The position numbers were made by a program, and so were the translations under genes. A stretch of 34,364 nt of DNA from Rhizaria sp. SCN 62-66 (taxonomy: Eukaryota): contig MEDY01000322.1 in NCBI GenBank assembly GCA_001724265.1, forward strand, positions 1-34,364, written 5' to 3'. Below the pieces are notes generated by a model that had not been told where the DNA came from, searched no databases, and saw only the letters and a list, made by a program, of their open reading frames with translations. Shown here piece by piece: positions 10,705-22,701 of the stretch. Position 1 is the first letter of the stretch, and every line of letters begins with the position of its first letter.

Positions 10705-13606
10705 ATGTCCGCGCGCGTGAACGACATCTGGACGCGCAAGGCGCGCTCGCTGGGCTTCCCTTCCCGCGCCGTGTTCAAGCTCATCGAGGCGCAACAGAAG
10801 TTCCGCCTGCTGCGTCCCGGGCAGCGCGTGCTTGACCTGGGCTGCTCGCCTGGGTCCTGGACGCGCCTCGCCGCGCGCTCTGTGGGGCGCAAGGGCTACG
10901 TGCTGGGCATAGACCTCACGCCGCTGGAGCACGACGAGGTGCGCGCCCTGGCCGCCGAGGTCGCGCCGTTGCGCATCGGCCAGGCGCCCCCCGCCGACCA
11001 AAGCAGCGCTGGCGCCAACAACAGCAATAAGCGCGGCGTGTCGAGTCTGTTCGGCAACGCGGCCGCGAGCGCCAAGGTGGGCGGCGCGGCCAAGGGCGAC
11101 GACGACGCCGCCGCCGCTGTGAGCATGGACGCCTACCTCAGCAAGCTCGAGCAGAAGCGAGTCCTCGCTGAGCAGCAGCAAGAGGAGCTAGAGGGGCAAG
11201 AACGAGAGCTTGAGCAAGACGGCGTTAGCACGAGCAGCGACGCTGACGCCGACGCCATCATGAACGACTCCACTCAAACAGCTGACGTCAACACTGCTGC
11301 ACCTGCTGCAACTTCTGTTGAGACGGCGACTCCTGGCGGCGGCAGCGGCCGCGCGTTGCTTAAGGCCGAGGCGCGGCTGGCCCGCTCGCGCGCGCCCGTG
11401 CGGCTGCTGTACGGCGACGTGACCGAGTGGCGGCCCGACGCGGTGCACCGGCAGGCCTTCGATGTCGTGCTCAGCGACATGGCGCCCAAAACCACCGGGC
11501 TGCCGTCGGAGGACGCGGCGGCCTCTGCCGAGCTCTGCCACGCCGTGCTCGACCTCTGTCCGCGCGTCATGAAGCCGCCCGTGCGCAAGTGGGTCACTTA
11601 CAACGCTGCTAGCGCTGACGCTGACGCCAGCGCCGCTGCCGGCAGCGCGAGCGCTCTCAGTGGACGCGACGGCAGTGACGCGGAGACTGAGGCTGACGCG
11701 AATGCGACTGCCGCTGCTGCTGGTGCTGCTGCTGGTGCTAAGAGCGCCAACGACAAGGGCGAGGTCGAGGAGGACGACGACGAGCGCGGCCTCCGCGACA
11801 TTGGCGCCTTCGCCCGCGCCGCCCCCTCGAGCGCCGGCGCCGCAGCCGACGCGAAGGTAAGTCGCGTGTCGGCGGCGACGGACCTGTACTCTGCAACGCT
11901 GCAGCGGCGGCTGGCCAAGGCCGGGCTCAGCGATGAGGACGCCGCCGCCGTCGCGGCCTCCGTGCGCGCCGCGCCAGAGGAAGTCACCGAGGTCGACGTC
12001 GCGGTTCTCAAAAAATCGCTCCGCACCGCCGCCAAGATCAGCGTCAACAAGCACAACTCGCGCTCTAGCGCCGCCGCGCCCGAGGGCGAGACCGCAGCGG
12101 CCGAGACGGCGAGCGAGCGGCGGCTGGAGACGTACTACCGCGGCGCGCTGCTCATGAAGGTCTTCCAGGGCACCGACTTCGCGCCGCTGCTTAAGCGTGT
12201 TAGGGTACGTGACATGCGCACTTGCCACGCGACGCACCGCGTGGAATGACTTGATTTGACGTCCATGTTCTGGTTATTAATGCGACTGTCATGTGACTAT
12301 GCTTGAAATAATTGCATGTTCTTTGCCTAAAATCCTATCTCACATCATCCTAACTTATCTATCTTTTTTTCATCCTCACTGATTTCTCTCCTCGACCCAC
12401 TGCTCTCGACAGGAGATGTTTGTGAGCGTCAAGTCGTTCAAGCCCGAATCATCGCGCTCGGAGTCGGTCGAAATCTTCCTCTTCGCCAAGGGCCTCCGCG
12501 TCCAGAGCAACAACAACAACCGCAACAATCTCTCTGACGGCGGCGACGCGAACATGAACGACCCCAGCGGCGGCCCCAACAGCAGCAGCGGCGGAGGCAG
12601 CGGCAGCGGCAGCCGGCTGGTGGGCCGCGCGAACGCGGGCTACATGACCGCCAGCGGCTTCGTGGCGCCCGCGGGCGGGTTGGGCGGCCTCCCCGTCGGC
12701 CCCGGCCCCGTCGGCCGCCGCCTGCAGCGCTCCCCGGTGCCCACCGGCTACTACGACAGCGACGACGCAGACGTCGCCGCCGCGCGCACGCGGCTCGGCG
12801 GCTATAACGGCGACGACAGCGAGGCGCATGCGCAGACGCAGGCGCAGGGGCGGCTTGACTTCGAGGGCATGAGCGCGGTGATGCGGCAGAACCTGGCGCT
12901 GGGTGAGAGCGCGTACTTTGACACCGTCGACGACAGCGTGCGCAACAACGACACCGGCCGCGGCGGCCGCAGCTACGCCAGTCGAGCCAGCCCTATCCCT
13001 AGCCCCAGCAACAGCAACAGCAACACTAAGACTCGCGATGGCAGCGGCGTGAGCGTGAGCTTCGGCACCGGCACCGTCACCGTCCCCGCCACCAAGTCCA
13101 CCGCTGCCGCTGCCGCTGCCTCTGCCTCTGCTGAGGACGCCGCAGTCGACGCCGAGCTGGCCGCGCTGGAGGCCGCCGAGACCCGCGCCCGCGCGCGCGC
13201 TGCCGCGAGCGCCGCCTTCGCCGACGAGGACGACGACGATGACTACCTTCCCCCCAGCAGCGGCAATAGCTCTGGCTCTGGCACTGGCAGCGGCAACAGC
13301 GCTGCGGAGCGCGTGGCGCGACTGCGCGCGCTGACGGGCCTGTCGCTGTCGCAGCCGGTCGCGGCGGCCGACGCGGCGGCCGCGGCCGCGGCCTTCAAGG
13401 AGGAGGGAATGTGGTTCGCGCGCCAGGTCTCGGTGCTGCGCGACGTGCCGCGCGTCGACATGGTCGGCGCGCTGGGCATCGACGACGATGAGGACGAGGA
13501 CGACGCCGCTGGCGCGGTGAAGAGGGTGAAGAAGACCGCGACTGCGGCGGCCGGCAGCGGCGTGATCAAGAAGAGGCGCCGCAGCAGCGTGCTCGGCGAC
13601 GAGTGA
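10705..13606 (+). CDS. MRM2: FtsJ/RlmE-family rRNA 2'-O-methyltransferase, MRM2-like, ~897 aa with long low-complexity insertions. Model: join(10705..12204,12413..13606).
   Basis: Motifs: D.WTRKARSLGFPSRAVFKLIE, VLDLGCSPGSWT (SAM binding), GIDL, GDV, FDVVLSDMAPKTTG, LLMKVFQG and, in exon 2, FVSVKSFKPESSRSESVEIFLFAKG. Together they give the full K-D-K-E tetrad. SDMAP-TTG is the RlmE/MRM2 type rather than the Trm7/Spb1 DGAP type. The gene ends at TGA. The true start may lie upstream, since there is an acceptor-like site at 10570. Confidence 0.88.
12205..12412 (+). other. Spliceosomal intron in the FtsJ/MRM2-like gene (208 nt)
   Basis: AGG|GTACGT donor, AT-rich body with CTAAC/CTGAT, pyrimidine tract and ACAG|GAG acceptor. 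The phase-0 join gives KRVR-EMFVSVKSFKP. Confidence 0.9.
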
Positions 13607-14014
13607 GCGTGCGGACAGTCGTTAAAAGATGTCATCAAGCACTGCAAAAGGACTTTTGTATCAGAGCTGAGGTGACGATGCTGGAGGTTGAGTGTATTTA
13701 TAGTATTATTTATCATCACAATCTGTGGATTTGGTCATGGTTTCAATAAATTAACCTAGTTTTGAAATCAAACAAGTGTATTACATCAAAATCTGTGTGA
13801 AAAACAAATTGGATGTAGGTTTCCAGTACGGTACGAACATGTAACCGTTAAGGAAAAATCAACTCAGCAATTTTGCTAAATTTTGAGTTAAAGGAAATTG
13901 TAGGTAAATCAACGAAGTGAATCATCTAAGTATTGTGAATTGTGATTCTAATTATGATTGAATGATGTAAATAATGAGTGTTATGCTGTTACAGCACTCC
14001 TGCACTGTTGTTGC

Positions 14015-17000
14015 TTACTCCAAGAGGAAAAAGCCAGCCCCGTCTCCAGCGTCGGCATCAGCGTTGGCGTCACCCTCTGTCCGTGACTGCGCCTGCGCCT
14101 GTGCGCCCTCGGCGTCCGCGTCAGAATCGGCGTCTGCGTCCGTGAAATCGATGAGACTGAGCGTCCTGGCCACGAAGCCCAGCCCCCGCCCCTTGCTCGC
14201 GCTCGCGCTCGCAATGCCGCTGCCGCTGCCACCACCGCTGTCAGCGCCGCCCTTGCTCTTGCTCTTGCTGCCGGCGCTACCGTGCGCGCCGGCGCCGGCC
14301 GCGCCGACCGTGGGCGTGGGCGGGAACGCTGACAGCATGTTCAGGTTGCTGCGCTGCTGCTGCTTCTTGCTGCTGCCCGCGCCAGCGCCCCCGCTCGCGG
14401 CGCCGGCGGCGCCGGCGGCGGAGGAAGACGAGAGTGAGACGGACAGCACGGGCCTGCGCCCGCCGCTGTTCTGAGCGTGGCTGTGGCCGTGGGCGCTGCC
14501 GCTCGCGCCCGCGCTGCTGATACTGCTGCTGCTGACCTGACCGCTGTAGCGAGAGGGTGTTGCGAGGTCTGCGGGTGTGCCGCTGTTGGTGTTGTTCGCG
14601 GCGGGTTTCGCCAAGAGAGGCGTTTCGGGGCGCGAAAGCGACGACGAAGTTAAGCCGTGAAAAGAAGCAGAAGCCGCGTTTGAGACAGATGCGGAGCCAG
14701 AGCCCACTGAGTGCGAGCTCGAACTGCTGCCAACGCTGCTGCTGTCAAAGCACGGCGTGCTGGTCCGCGTCACAATCCTGCTGACTCGGCCGCTGCCGCC
14801 ACCGACCGCGCTATGCGTGTTGACGTGCGCGCTCGGCTGTAACGGCAACTGCAACTGTGACTGAAGGCTGATGTCAAGTGCCTGCGAGTAGTGGCCGTGC
14901 GCAGCCAAGTGGCTGTGAGCAGAGAACTGACGGCCCTGGGCCCAACCGGCCTGGCTCTCGGGCGCGAGCGGCTGCGACAGCGGCTGAGCGCTGCCACGAG
15001 TCGTCATCAGAGCCGCAGTCGCAGCGGCCTCTCCACTTAGCGCGCCCGCCGCTGCGAAGCCCTCTCCGCTCTGCGCAACGCCTCCGATGACGCCGTGGAA
15101 GCGACTCACGCGCAAACCGAGGCCGAAGCCAGCGCCGTGGCCGTCGCCACCCTCGTCGTTTCCATGTGCGCGCTCCCCAGCGACCGCAGCGGCCGCAGCG
15201 GGGTCGATCTCGGCCTCGGCCTCCGTCTCAGTCTCGACCTCGGTCTCAGTCTCGGCCTCCGCCTCAGTTGCCTCAGCCTCAGCCTCGGCCTCGGTCTCGG
15301 TCGCCTCAGTCTCAGTCGCATCTGCCTCCGCCTCCGCCTCAGCCTCGGCCTCAGCCTCTGCGGCCTCGGCGACGACTGCGCGCAGGTACCCGCCGACGCG
15401 CCCGGCGACCGCGGCGACTACCGCGCCCGCCGCCGCGCCCGCCGACGCCGCCACGGCCGCGGCCGCGCGCGCGAGCGGACCCGCGCGCCGCGCCGCCGCG
15501 CGCTGCTGCTGCAGCGCCAGGTGGCGGCTGATGGCCGCGCGGACCACGCGCTCGCGGTCGCTGCGCTGGTGCTCGCGGTCTGCGCGGTCCAGCCGCTCGC
15601 GCTCGCGGTCACTCTGCCGCTGGAGCTGCTGCTGCTGCTCGCGGTCACTCTGCTGCTGGTGCTGCTTGCTGGTGCTAAGGTTGTTGCTGTTGCTGTTGCT
15701 GCTGGAATTGAAGCTCGAACTAGAGCTGTTAGTGCCGCTGGTAGAACCTGCATTGCCAAAGCTAGCGTTGTTCAAATGAGCGCTCTTAGACTCTGCAGCG
15801 GCGGCGTCGCATAAGTGCACCTTAGCCTGGTCGAAGTGCCGCTCCCCGTCCAAGTGTGACTGCTCGGCCCACAAGCTGCCGCCGGCGGGGGCCAGCGGTG
15901 AGCGCGGCGACAACAGTGCCGCGGCGCCCGCCCAGCCCTGTTGCGGGCTATGCTGCTGCTGCTACTGCTGCAGCTGCTGCTGCTGCGGCCGCTGCAGCGA
16001 GACCGCGTGCTGCAGCTGCAGCGCCTGCGCCTGCGAGTGCGCGTGCGCGCGTGCCCGCCCGTCGCTGCCGCCGTAGCTGCCAACGACGACCCCGCTGCCG
16101 GCGCCGGCGCCGTCGCCGTCGTCTTCGTTGTCTCTGGGCAGGAGCGCGGCGGCGGCGGCGGCGGCGGCGGCGGGCGACGAAAGCGCCAGCGCCAGCCGCG
16201 CGGCGGCCTTGCTTTCGAGGCCCGACTGGCGTCGGGGCTGCAACACGTACCCGCTCTGGCTCAAACCGAGACTGGAACTAGAGCAAGCGCCAGCAGCGCT
16301 GCCATTGCTGATGAGCCCTGTAACGAAACTGAATCGAGCAATGTTGTTATTGTTGCCGTTCGCGACAGGCGTGCGCCGGGGGGTGCGGCGCTTGCTCGGT
16401 GTCCGACCCCCGCTTGCGGCCGCAGAGCCAGCGCCAGCGCCAGAGTGGGCGTTCGGACTGGGGCTGGGGCTGGGGCTGGGGCTGGGGCTGGGGCTGGGGC
16501 TAAGATGGGACGTCGGCGTGAGCGTTGCTGCGGAGGCATCGCCGCTGCTGTAGTTGGGGCTGTGCTTAGGGACGCTACGATCGTCATCGTCATCATCGTC
16601 GTCTTCGTTGTTAAAATCGCCAACGTATGCGATATCGTCATCACAATCGCACTCGCTGTCGCCGTTGCAGCCGCAGTCGCGGGCGTGGCTGCTGTCGGCG
16701 ATGCTGTCGTTCAACGCGTCTTCGTCGTCGTCGTCGTCGTCGTAGTCGTCATCCTCCTCGCAGCTGTCGTCGTGGTCGTCGTGGTCGTTGCAGTCGTCGC
16801 AGCCGCCGTCGCCGACGCTACGCCCATGCGCGCAGCACGCGCTGCCGGCGACGGCGTCCTTGTCGCCCGCAACAGCGTGGTGATGGTGAGCGCCCCGACT
16901 CGCAGTCTTGGCGTTGGGGCTCATATGGTTCCTGAGCCGGTTGACGACGATGTCGTCGGCGTCGTCCTCGTCCTCTTCGGCCGCCAGCGCGAGCCTGAGC

Positions 17001-20000
17001 CCGCCGGCGCCGGCGATGGCGGAGCCCACGGTCACCTGCAGCGCGCTGCCCACGGTCGCCTGCAGAGCAGAGCCCACCGAGCTGCCCATGCGCGTCAACA
17101 ACCGCAGCGGCAGGCCCCCCTCGGGCTCGGGCTGCGGCGGGGACTGCGAGCGCAGCTGCGACTCAGACTGGGACTGAGACCGGGACTGAGACGGGGACTG
17201 GGTCTGGGACTGCGTTGGAGAAGACGACTGAGATTGAGACTGAAGCAGCCTCTGCTGCTGTTGCTGCTGTTTTTGATTTCGCTGTTGCTCCTTTTGTGCG
17301 CGTTGCAGCTGGCGCCGCTGCAGCTGGCGCCGCTGCAGCTGCTGCTGCTTTTGCTGCATCTGCTGCTGCTGCCTCTGCTTCATCCCCATCCTGCCGCTCG
17401 CACTCGCAGGGACGCTTACACTGGCGCCCTGCCGCTTGGCGACGCTTGCGGCGGCCAGATGCAGCCGCAGCTGTTTGAACGCGAAGGCCCCGACCACGCT
17501 GCCGACAACGGGGCCGATCGTGTACACGAGGCTGGTCACCACCAGCCCGTCCCCCCACTCGCCCGCGCCCTCACTCGCGAGACTAACCGCACCCGCACCC
17601 GCACTCGCGCTCGCGCGGGAGCCAGTGACGCGGATGCCAGCACCAGAGACGGCGCTGGCCGGTGCATTAGTGCTAGAGACCGGCGGCCCGTGCGCGAGCG
17701 CAAGAAGGACCGCGCCCAGCGCCGAGGCGGGGTTCATCACGGCCTTGCTGTACGAGTAGACGGCCACGTAGCAGCACTGGCGCACGAGGATGTTGGACAG
17801 CGTCTTGCGGACGGAGCCGCCGCGGTGCGACGTGAGCGACTGCCAGAAGGCCAGCACAGCGCACACGGCCAGCTCGAGCGTCAGCCCGACGACGGGCCCC
17901 GCGGGCGGCAGCGGCGGGCGCAGCGCGGGGTGGTACGCCGCGGGCGCGAGCAGCTCGAGCGTGGCCAGCGCGGCGGCGTGCGCGGCCACGTCCAGCACAA
18001 ACACCAGGAGCAGGTGCCGCTTGCGCAGGCGGCCATGGCACCAGTGCGTCACCGCGTTGGACGGGTTAATCAGCGCGCCCGTGCCCGCCTGCGCGAACGC
18101 GAAGGAGAAGACGCAGAAGACGAGGAAGTAGACGGCCGTGTCGCTGACGCCCAGGCTGCGCAGCGCGGCCGAGTGCGAGATGGTCGCCTTGGCTGCCAGC
18201 GCCAGCGACTTGCTCAGCAGGCAGTGCAGAAAGGCGAACACGAACTCGCGCAGGGAAACCGTGAGCAGCAGCTCCAGTTCCGCGAGGAACGTTAAGCCGC
18301 CTTGGGGCGCGGCGTCGGCGTCAGCGGTCACATCATCTCCGCTGCTCTGTTGCTGCTGCTGCTGCAACTGTTGCTCATGTTCGCGCTCGCTGACGACGCT
18401 TGGAGTCGAACCAGCGGCGATCGCGGTGTTTGAGTTCGACACGCCGTGTTCAGCAACGGCCGCACTGCTCTGGTGAACACGCTCTTTGCGCTTGATGTCG
18501 CTGCTGCTGCTGCTGCTATGGCTCTGCGCCGCGGTGTACTGCTTGAGCCGCAGCGCACGGGGCCCGTAGACGAGCAGCGCCGCCGCCAGCGCCGCCACGG
18601 CCACGCGCTCCGGCCGCGAGAAGTGCGCCGACAGCAGCGCCGCTAGCACCGGCGCCGCGCGCGCGCGCTCCCGCTCGGCCTCGCTGTGGGCGCCGTCAGC
18701 GTCGGCGTCGTCGGTGTCGTAAACGGAGGAATGCGGCAGCGAGAAGGCGGCGGCCGCGGCGGCGGCCGTCGCGGCGGCCGTCGCGGCGCCCGCGGTGGGG
18801 GCCAAGGCCAGATGCAGCGCGCCCAGTACGCGCAGCGCAGCGGCGGCGACTGCATCACCGACAGTCGCCGTGGCCGTGGCTGTGGCCGTGGCCGTGGCCG
18901 TAGCGGTATCCGTGGCAGTCTTAGTGGCAGTGCTCGCCGCGTCCGATGCGCGAGAGCTCTTGCTCCTGCGCTTGCCCTTAGCCTGGCCCTCGGGCACGCC
19001 AACGTGGGCTGATCCGGCGCCCGCGGTGTGGCCGTTGCGCGCGAAGAGCGCCGCGAGCAGCGAGCCCTGCGGCATGAGCGGGGCCAGCGCCGCGCCCACG
19101 GTCGCCGCCGCGCGATCCGCGGCGGCGCGCACTGAGCCGCGCGCAGTGCCGCGCGCTGAGCCGCGCAGTGCGCCGCGTGCGGTCGCGCTGGAGTCATCGC
19201 CGCTGCCGCTGGCACTGCTGGGGTCAGCGTCGATGTCGATCTCTGCGAGGCTGTTGTGGCTGCCGTGGGCGCAGGCGTAGGAAGTCAGGCCGCACAGCCA
19301 GTCCGCCGCGGCAACGAGCACGACAGCGGCGACGCCGCGAGCATTCGCGCCCGTGCTCTCAGCAGCAGCAGCGGCGGCAGCAGCAGCGCTAGTTGCACCG
19401 GCGGCAGCAGCAGCGCTAGTTGCACCGGCGGCTGCGCTGTGGTTGGCGGTGAGGCCGAGACTGACACCGGCGTCCGTCACCGTCGCGGCCGCACTGGCAG
19501 CCGCAGTCGCGGTCGCGGCGAAAGCCGCAGCCAGAGCTGTCGCAGTCGTGGCCGCCGCCGCCGTCAAACCAGCCGCGACCGCAGCCGCCGGGCCGTCTAA
19601 GTGCTCCTTCACGGCGTCTAAGTGCCCTTTGACGACGTCTAAGTGGGCCCTGACCGCGGGCCAGAGCGCGGGCGGCAGCAGCAGCGGCAGCAGTGGCGTC
19701 AGCAGCGCCGTGGCGAGCAGCAGCTGCGGCAGCCCCCAGGCCAGCAGCCGCGCGAACAGCGGCAGCCAGTAGAGCGTCGAGAAGAGCGCGGGCACGGCGC
19801 CGGCGCCGGCGCCTGCGGCGGGGTCTGCCGTCGCGGCCTCGGTCTCGGTCGCTGTTAAGGTCGGGGGAAGCACGGCGCGGCGGCGGCGGCGGCGCGGGGC
19901 GGCGGCAGCGGCGGCGTCGAGAGGCTGAGGCTGAGACTGCTGTTGCTGCTGCTGCGGGTGCTGAGACTGCTTGTGTTGATGCTGGAGTTCTGGAGACGCT

Positions 20001-21277
20001 TGCGGCAACAGCGCTGCGCTGTCATCACTAATGCGGGTGCTTGCGTCAGCGCTGGCGTCAGGAAGTGGGTACTTAGACCTCTGCGGCTTGATTTCCTCGG
20101 CGGCGGCTCCGTCGCCCTCAGAGTCTCTGTCGCCGTCGTCGTCGCCGTTGCCGGTGTAAGGGCCGTACTTGTCAACGCGATTCTTAGCGGGGGCGCCGTC
20201 AGAGGTGCGAGCGCCCACGGTGTGAGTACCCTTAGACCGGTTACGGACGCCCTCCTCCTCCGCGTGCTCCTCGTCAGTGCTCAGACGCAAGGCACCTAGA
20301 CTGAGGGCGCTCGGACCAGGTGCGCCCTTAGCCTCAGCATCAACACCTGCCGTCGTGACGTTTGCGTAGTTCGATAATGTCGCAGACTCTGCAACTGCGC
20401 TTTTGCTGTCATATTTGTCGTGTCCGCCGCCACCACCGTCGTGTTGGTGGTCGTGCTCGTGGGGGCTCTCGACGAACGTGGCCAGCAGCGGCGCCCGCTG
20501 CGCCGCCCGCAGCCGCAGCTGCGACCGCAACAGCGGCTGCGGCCGTGGTGGCGGCAGCACGCGCAACGCCGCGGAGGCAGCGGCAGCAGCAGCGGCGGCG
20601 GCGTCAGCGTCGGCTGTGCCGGCGGCATCGGCTGTGAGGTTCGCGTCGCTGCCGTCGCCGCTGCCGCCGCCGGCAGGCGCGCGGGCCGCGGCCAGGGCGG
20701 AGATCGCGCGCGCTGCGGCGGCGAACGAGCCGCCCCTGGTCTCGCCGCCGCGGCCGCCATCACCGTCACCGTTGTGGGCGCCACCGTGGCCGTGGTCGTG
20801 GCCGTGGCCGAGGCCGAGGCCGGGTCTGCTCTTGTCGTAGTGACTCTTGCTGCCGTCGCCTCGAGAGCCTTTCGCCCGGACCTTGGCCTTGGCTTTGTCG
20901 CTCTTGCTGCCGGCCGCGTCGCCACTCGCGCCCGCACTTGCGCCAGCACCCGCAGCCGCGCCGGCAGTCATAGCTAGAGCTACATCGCACGTGCGCAAGC
21001 CAGGAAGACTCGAACTGCTCGAACGACTACTCGAGCTTGCGGCAGGGCCAGAGACGGCGACGCGCGCTGGGCTGGTCTTGGAGCCCTCGCTGTAACCCGC
21101 GGCAAGCCTGTTCGCGTTCCTCGGGGACAGGAAGCCTGAGGCCGAGCCGGCGTTGGCGCCGGAACCGGACGCAGTGGCGGTGGCTGACGAGGCGGAGGCG
21201 GCCGCGGCGGCTGCGGTGGGTGAGAGCGCGATGAACGACCAGCTGCGCGTGTGGCGACCCACACGCGAGTCGTCCAT
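14015..21277 (-). CDS. Giant (~2,420 aa) low-complexity protein containing an unorthodox MIP/aquaporin domain, with an in-frame TAG at 15962-15964
   Basis: ORFs 15962..21277 and 14015..15913 are in one frame and joined through a single TAG inside poly-Gln (..QQQQLQQ*QQQQHSPQQ..). An in-frame TGA upstream (21359-21361) supports the ATG at 21277. The frame ends at TAA 14015-14017, or at a splice donor there. Confidence 0.8.
16458..16501 (-). repeat. (AGCCCC)n coding microsatellite encoding (Ser-Pro)n
   Basis: A tandem GGGGCT hexamer is visible on the + strand. Confidence 0.9.
17470..18290 (-). other. MIP/aquaporin-like domain (SIP / AQP11-12-like) with NPS and NPA boxes
   Basis: Hydrophobic helices with LREFVFAF, GALINPSNAV (NPS at 18059-18067), LTLELAVC, AVMNPASALG (NPA at 17726-17734) and LVYTIGPVVGSVVGAFAF. 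Confidence 0.8.
19594..19645 (-). repeat. 21-nt tandem repeat, ~2.5 copies (HLDVVKG HLDAVKE HLD)
   Basis: CGTCTAAGTG recurs three times at 21-nt spacing. Confidence 0.8.
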
Positions 21278-22701
21278 GGCGTGATGTGTGCAAAAAGGGT
21301 GTGTTAGTGGGGAAAGAGGTGCGCGGGCGCACGCAGGAGCGCCGGAAGGGCTGGTTAGTCAGCAACGGCTGAGCGCCTGGAAAGGTCTGCGCTCGGAAGA
21401 AACAAGGAAGACGAATGACGGGAAACAGCAAATGTAAAAAAGAAATATGTTCATGCTTAAATTATGTCAACCCGCCTAAATTGTCAATGACGGTCATTGC
21501 TCCGAGAAATTCCTCACCAAAAACAGTATCATTGGGTTAATACAACTCCGTTTTCCTTCCCACGGTTGTCATCGGTGATGGCCATGTTTGTGGTGTGTAA
21601 GAGTCGATTCAAAAACGTCGTCGTTGTCACGTTGGTGAGTGTCATGATTGCGTTTTTGATGTCGATGAAGATGTTCGGTGGTGTTTTTCTATTTGTAGGA
21701 GCTGGTATTGCCCTGTTTCTTCAGCGCCCTCCTTCAACATCATTATTACAGGTCCGCGGTTTGGCAACATGTGAGTTGGCGGTATTGTCAGCGATCCAGT
21801 CATGTCCCGGCCCGGCACTGCCCGTTGCCCGCAGGTTTGCTCAACAGCAAACGGCGCACTACCGCCGGCTCGGCGACGACCGTTGCTGTCACGGTGGCGG
21901 GGCCAGGGCCTGTCCCCGCGCTTAGGCTGGCCTCGGTGCACGACAACGCAGGCAGCGGCGGCGGCAGTAGCAACAACAGCGGCGGTGTTGTTGGTGTCGT
22001 TGGTGGCGGCCACATGAGTGCGCCGGGCAGTGCGCGCGTGAGTGCACGGCTTACGCCCGCAATGGCGGATGATCTAGAGGCCGGGCTGCCGAGTCTCCGC
22101 AATAAGACAGCGACGAACTTGTTATGGCACACGGTAACGAGTCTGCTTCTACTGCTGCTGTTGCTGCAGGGAACGCGCGCAGCGGGGATAAAAGCGCGCG
22201 TGGTGGCGTCCATGTCAGTGTAACTTCCAATGCGCCTGCGCATGCGGCACTGGCGACTGAGACGCCTCGGGGCCGAGTTAGTCTCGTTAGTTTGTTTGTT
22301 CGGCACTTTCTTTGTTACTTTAGTACGCGCGTCCTCAGTGAAAAAAAAATATTCGTTGTATGTCGTTATTTGTTGACTCATTTGTACTCTTTATTGTAGT
22401 TTTGCGGTCCGATAAAAGGTGAGTTAGCGTTCACACATAACAGACCTGAGCATATTTTTTCTTACCGTTACTAGTTAAGAAGCGTAAACTTCAGGTTTTT
22501 CTTCTGATTACTAGATATTTCGAGAAGCCACACGTTCTAGTATTGGCTTTGTTTGACGTTACTGATGCGATGACACTCGTCATGTTTGAATCGCGCTCTA
22601 AACTTACACTATAACTTCCCTGACTCTGTTGTCGTTATGAGTTACAGGGAATATCGACGCAGTCGTGCGCATAGACTTGCTGTCTCCACGTACTCTCTCG
22701 C

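Noticed and set aside
15941-18295. 784-aa plus-strand ORF and the many other long overlapping ORFs in the track
   Set aside because: These are antisense or alternate-frame shadows of GC-rich, repeat-laden genes, with Arg/Val/Leu-run translations and no domains.
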